A stretch of 64,000 nucleotides of DNA from positions 434,001 through 498,000 of the forward strand of contig JBLDXI010000011.1 of NCBI GenBank assembly GCA_047495785.1. The letters run 5' to 3'. Every line of letters starts with the position of its first letter. Position 1 is the stretch's first letter. Source of the DNA: Lepidodermella squamata (lineage: Eukaryota > Animalia > Gastrotricha). The notes beneath the pieces are model-generated. The model saw nothing but the letters and a program-made list of their open reading frames with translations. It searched no databases and was not told the origin of the DNA. Shown here piece after piece: positions 61,019 to 64,000 of the stretch. The translations under genes were made by a program, and so were the position numbers.

Positions 61019-61614
61019 TCGAAATACCGATCGAGAACGGTAATCAAGCATTTCATCTATGATGTGGAATGCTCTCGTCAAGCCGTTTTAAAGGTTTCGA
61101 ATTTTTGAACGAAATTTGCAAATTTCAAAAAATTCAAAACCTTTGGGACACGCTGAAGAATAGGATTCTATTTTGGGATTAAAAAATTGCTGCGAAAATT
61201 AAATTACGCTCTCACTAAATAATCTTATTTTTACAACCTATTCTCTTCACAATTTTATTGTTCATTTAAATGCTACGAGGATAAAAACTGAATTCGTCAA
61301 GAGAAAATCCGAGAAAAATCACGTAATAAGGACATTTTAACCTAAAAACCTTGTTAGTCCGGATTTGACAATAAATTGTGCATGCCTAGTCCTCACTTCC
61401 GATGTTCTCGGCTTAATATTTTCGACTTGCATGCGAACGTTACACAGAGCTTTGAGCGCGAAATTTTCAAATTAAACTTGAAAATCCCAAAAAAATTGTT
61501 TGCAAATTTTCAATTTTTTTAGGAAATGCGAAAAATAAGGAAATCGTTTGAAAATTTGAGATTAAAAAATTAAAAGTATTCAATTTGTCAATTCTAGCTT
61601 CATATTTTTCTTTA

Positions 61615-63450
61615 GGATTTTTAGCTTGCCTTAGCGTCGACGAAGCCGGACGGGACGGCGTTCGCGGCCAAAATGGTGTAGCGCTGCTTGAAGTCGGGGT
61701 AGGTCATGCGGTTGGCCTTGCGGCAAATACGGATGCCCTCGAGCACACCGTTGCACTTGCGTTGGTTCAGCACCAAGTCGATGTACCACGACTGCTTCAT
61801 TTCATTCGAGATGAGGCAACGCGCCAAGTGGGGATGCTGCATTAAAAAATCAAAGAAAAAATGCAAAATGAATTCGAAAAGTGGGAGAAATAATCGAAAA
61901 ATAACAACGAAAATTTGAAATTATCAGTAACCTATAAAACTAAAAGGCTTGCCATCCAAGAGAAGCAGAAATTAATAAAAAATTCAATTGTGACTGTAAA
62001 TTCAAGTAAAATTCAGGCAAAAAATCTGAAAGAAAGCTGAAAGATGAGATTGAATGAGAATTGCATGCAAGCTTTAAACAGATATCATAAGAGCTTGATT
62101 AGAGTAGCTAAGCTATTTTTCGAAACTCACCTTTTTCGAAAACCAACAATTTTAATAAATTTTCAAATTTAAGGTTTTTTCAAAAATGTTGAAAACTGAC
62201 CCTCGGGCTCGTTCGGAAAGAAGATTGGGACGAGGGTGTCCTTGGAAGACGACATGACTTCGATGGTGCAGGCTTGGATCGGATCAGCTGGGAGTGAGGT
62301 TCCTTGTCCTTTTTCTTGGCCTCGCCCGACGACTTGCACAGATGGTTCTGGTACAGCTTCTCGACGAACGACTTGTCGGAACCTAACAGGAATTTTAAAA
62401 ATTAGAAATTAATTTGGGAAAATTAAATTCGACTTCAAAACAAAGTTTTCGCAAAACGAGAAAGCAACTCGAGTTCCTCAAATCTATTGTCTCCAAAACC
62501 TCCGTGGAAATAAAATTTGAAATTCGATTATTTGAAAAAATTGAAACATTTTACATTTAAAAAAAAAATTTCAACGGGATTTCAGTTTTAACACGAGTTA
62601 CGATTCTCTGTAGCCAGTTGAATTTTAACTGAATTTTGGTTAATTTTCGGATCAGATCAGTTGATTTAATTTTCAAAATTCGAATTAAAATTTTATAAAA
62701 GCCTTAAGAAGTCTGGCTTTTAGCCAACGGGGAGATTTTACCAGGCACCCTATTTTGATATTTTGACAAGTCAGCGAGAATTTTGAAATTTTCACATTTG
62801 AAAAAATTGAAATAGTAATTTTTCAATTATTGATGATTCAAAATTCCGATTTCTTTTAGGTTCATGAGCCCTAATGAACCAAGTAAGTTGTTTCAAATAG
62901 GACCAACTTCTAACTTTCGAAGCTCAAATCGAATGAAGCCGCCCATTGCTCGAGTGAGTTAATTCAGATTATTTCAAAAATTCAAGTTAAATTTCCTCGC
63001 CACTGTTTCAGATTCGAATACCGTGAGAACTTCGATTTACCCATGGGTACTCATAAAAAAGGAAACCTTCCTGAAACCGTATCGGAACCAATGAAATGAA
63101 GGTCAATGAGACACCTTTTCGTTTCGATTCCTTATCCTTTGATTCATCGAGTCCCCAAAAAGTTGTTAAGCTGCTCAAATACTCGAAATTTCGTTCAAAC
63201 AAGCGAAAATTTTTGAATTGTTTTCCAGTTTTTCAATGCCCAAATTTCCCCAAGTTGGAATTCATTTTCTCCCAATATTTTTTCATTTTTTTAATTAAAA
63301 ATTTCAAGGCTAATGGTAAACTGACCTGCGACTTGTTGACCCACTCGTTGCCGACCTTGATCTTGGGCTTGATCGAAGTACTTGATCGAACCGGCGGCGT
63401 TGATGCTCGTCCTTGAACTGCTTGAACTTCATATCAGTGAAGCCGATCAC
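61615..63450 (-). pseudogene. Myosin II heavy chain motor-domain pseudogene (three eroded exons)
   Basis: ~63325-63450 (MKFKQ..KPKIKVGNEWVNKSQ), ~62202-62382 (SDKSFVEKLYQNHL), ~61615-61842 ([32 protein letters not shown]); internal deletions and frameshifts. Confidence 0.8.
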
Positions 63451-64000
63451 TGTTCAACGCAAATAGTGGAAAATTTAAAATATTTTCAAAAACGTGTCAA
63501 TTTTCAAAAACTCGAAAAACGTGTATAAATCCCAAATTGAAAAACAGCCTCGAAATCAGCTCGACGAGCAGAAGGCGTTAGGCTATTACAATTTCAAAAC
63601 ATTCGTTAATTTCCGAGATAAATGAGAAACAGAGTCACATCTCCTAGCCAGAAAAATGCAAGAAATCACGAGAAAACTAATCAAGCATGTCACTTGTCAA
63701 AGGGATGTAAGAAGTCAGGAGAAATTTGGTCCAACCGGGTGAAATTTCGAAATTTGTTCAACCAGTTAGCATCGGGGTTTTCCGGGTTTTCTCCGGCAAA
63801 TTTTTTCAATTTTTTGGTGAAATCGCGGATAACGAATGGAATACTCTCCATGTAGGTTCAATGCCGAAAAATTCGTCGAAAATATATATGAAAAATATAA
63901 AAAAAGTTGCGCAAATTCTTGGTAAATCGCGTAGAATTTCTGCGTAATTTCTTCAAGTGAAAGAAAAATCGAAGAATATGCATTTTTGGGCTTTTTTGGG

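Overview
This is eukaryotic (invertebrate metazoan) genomic DNA with many short (~50-110 nt) GT-AG introns. An acoel-type origin is only my guess from gene style. Host genes found: four divergent Cys-loop (pLGIC) subunit paralogs, one cut by the window edge and one apparently broken; a secreted 2x LamG-like + inactive trypsin protein; a spliced locus with a NEK-like kinase followed by CBP/p300-type TAZ1 and KIX domains and a RING-H2 finger; two ankyrin-repeat genes; a divergent GABA-B-like class C GPCR; a 2x LamG-like membrane protein; a tandem array of secreted Cys-rich repeat genes (3 intact plus relics); and a myosin II pseudogene with many deletions. Mobile DNA is dense: a CR1/L2-group LINE with an intact EN-RT ORF and a 2A-like motif, a two-gene PIF/Harbinger element carrying a nested RTE LINE, a Penelope remnant with a hammerhead ribozyme motif, and many MITEs or foldbacks, several with target-site duplications (TSDs) I could verify. 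The best novelty candidates are the kinase/TAZ1-KIX-RING locus, the cluster of pLGICs lacking the acetylcholine site, the diversifying Cys-rich array, and tRNA-like Pol III cassettes near transposon ends. Exon boundaries and domains were read by eye; no searches were run.
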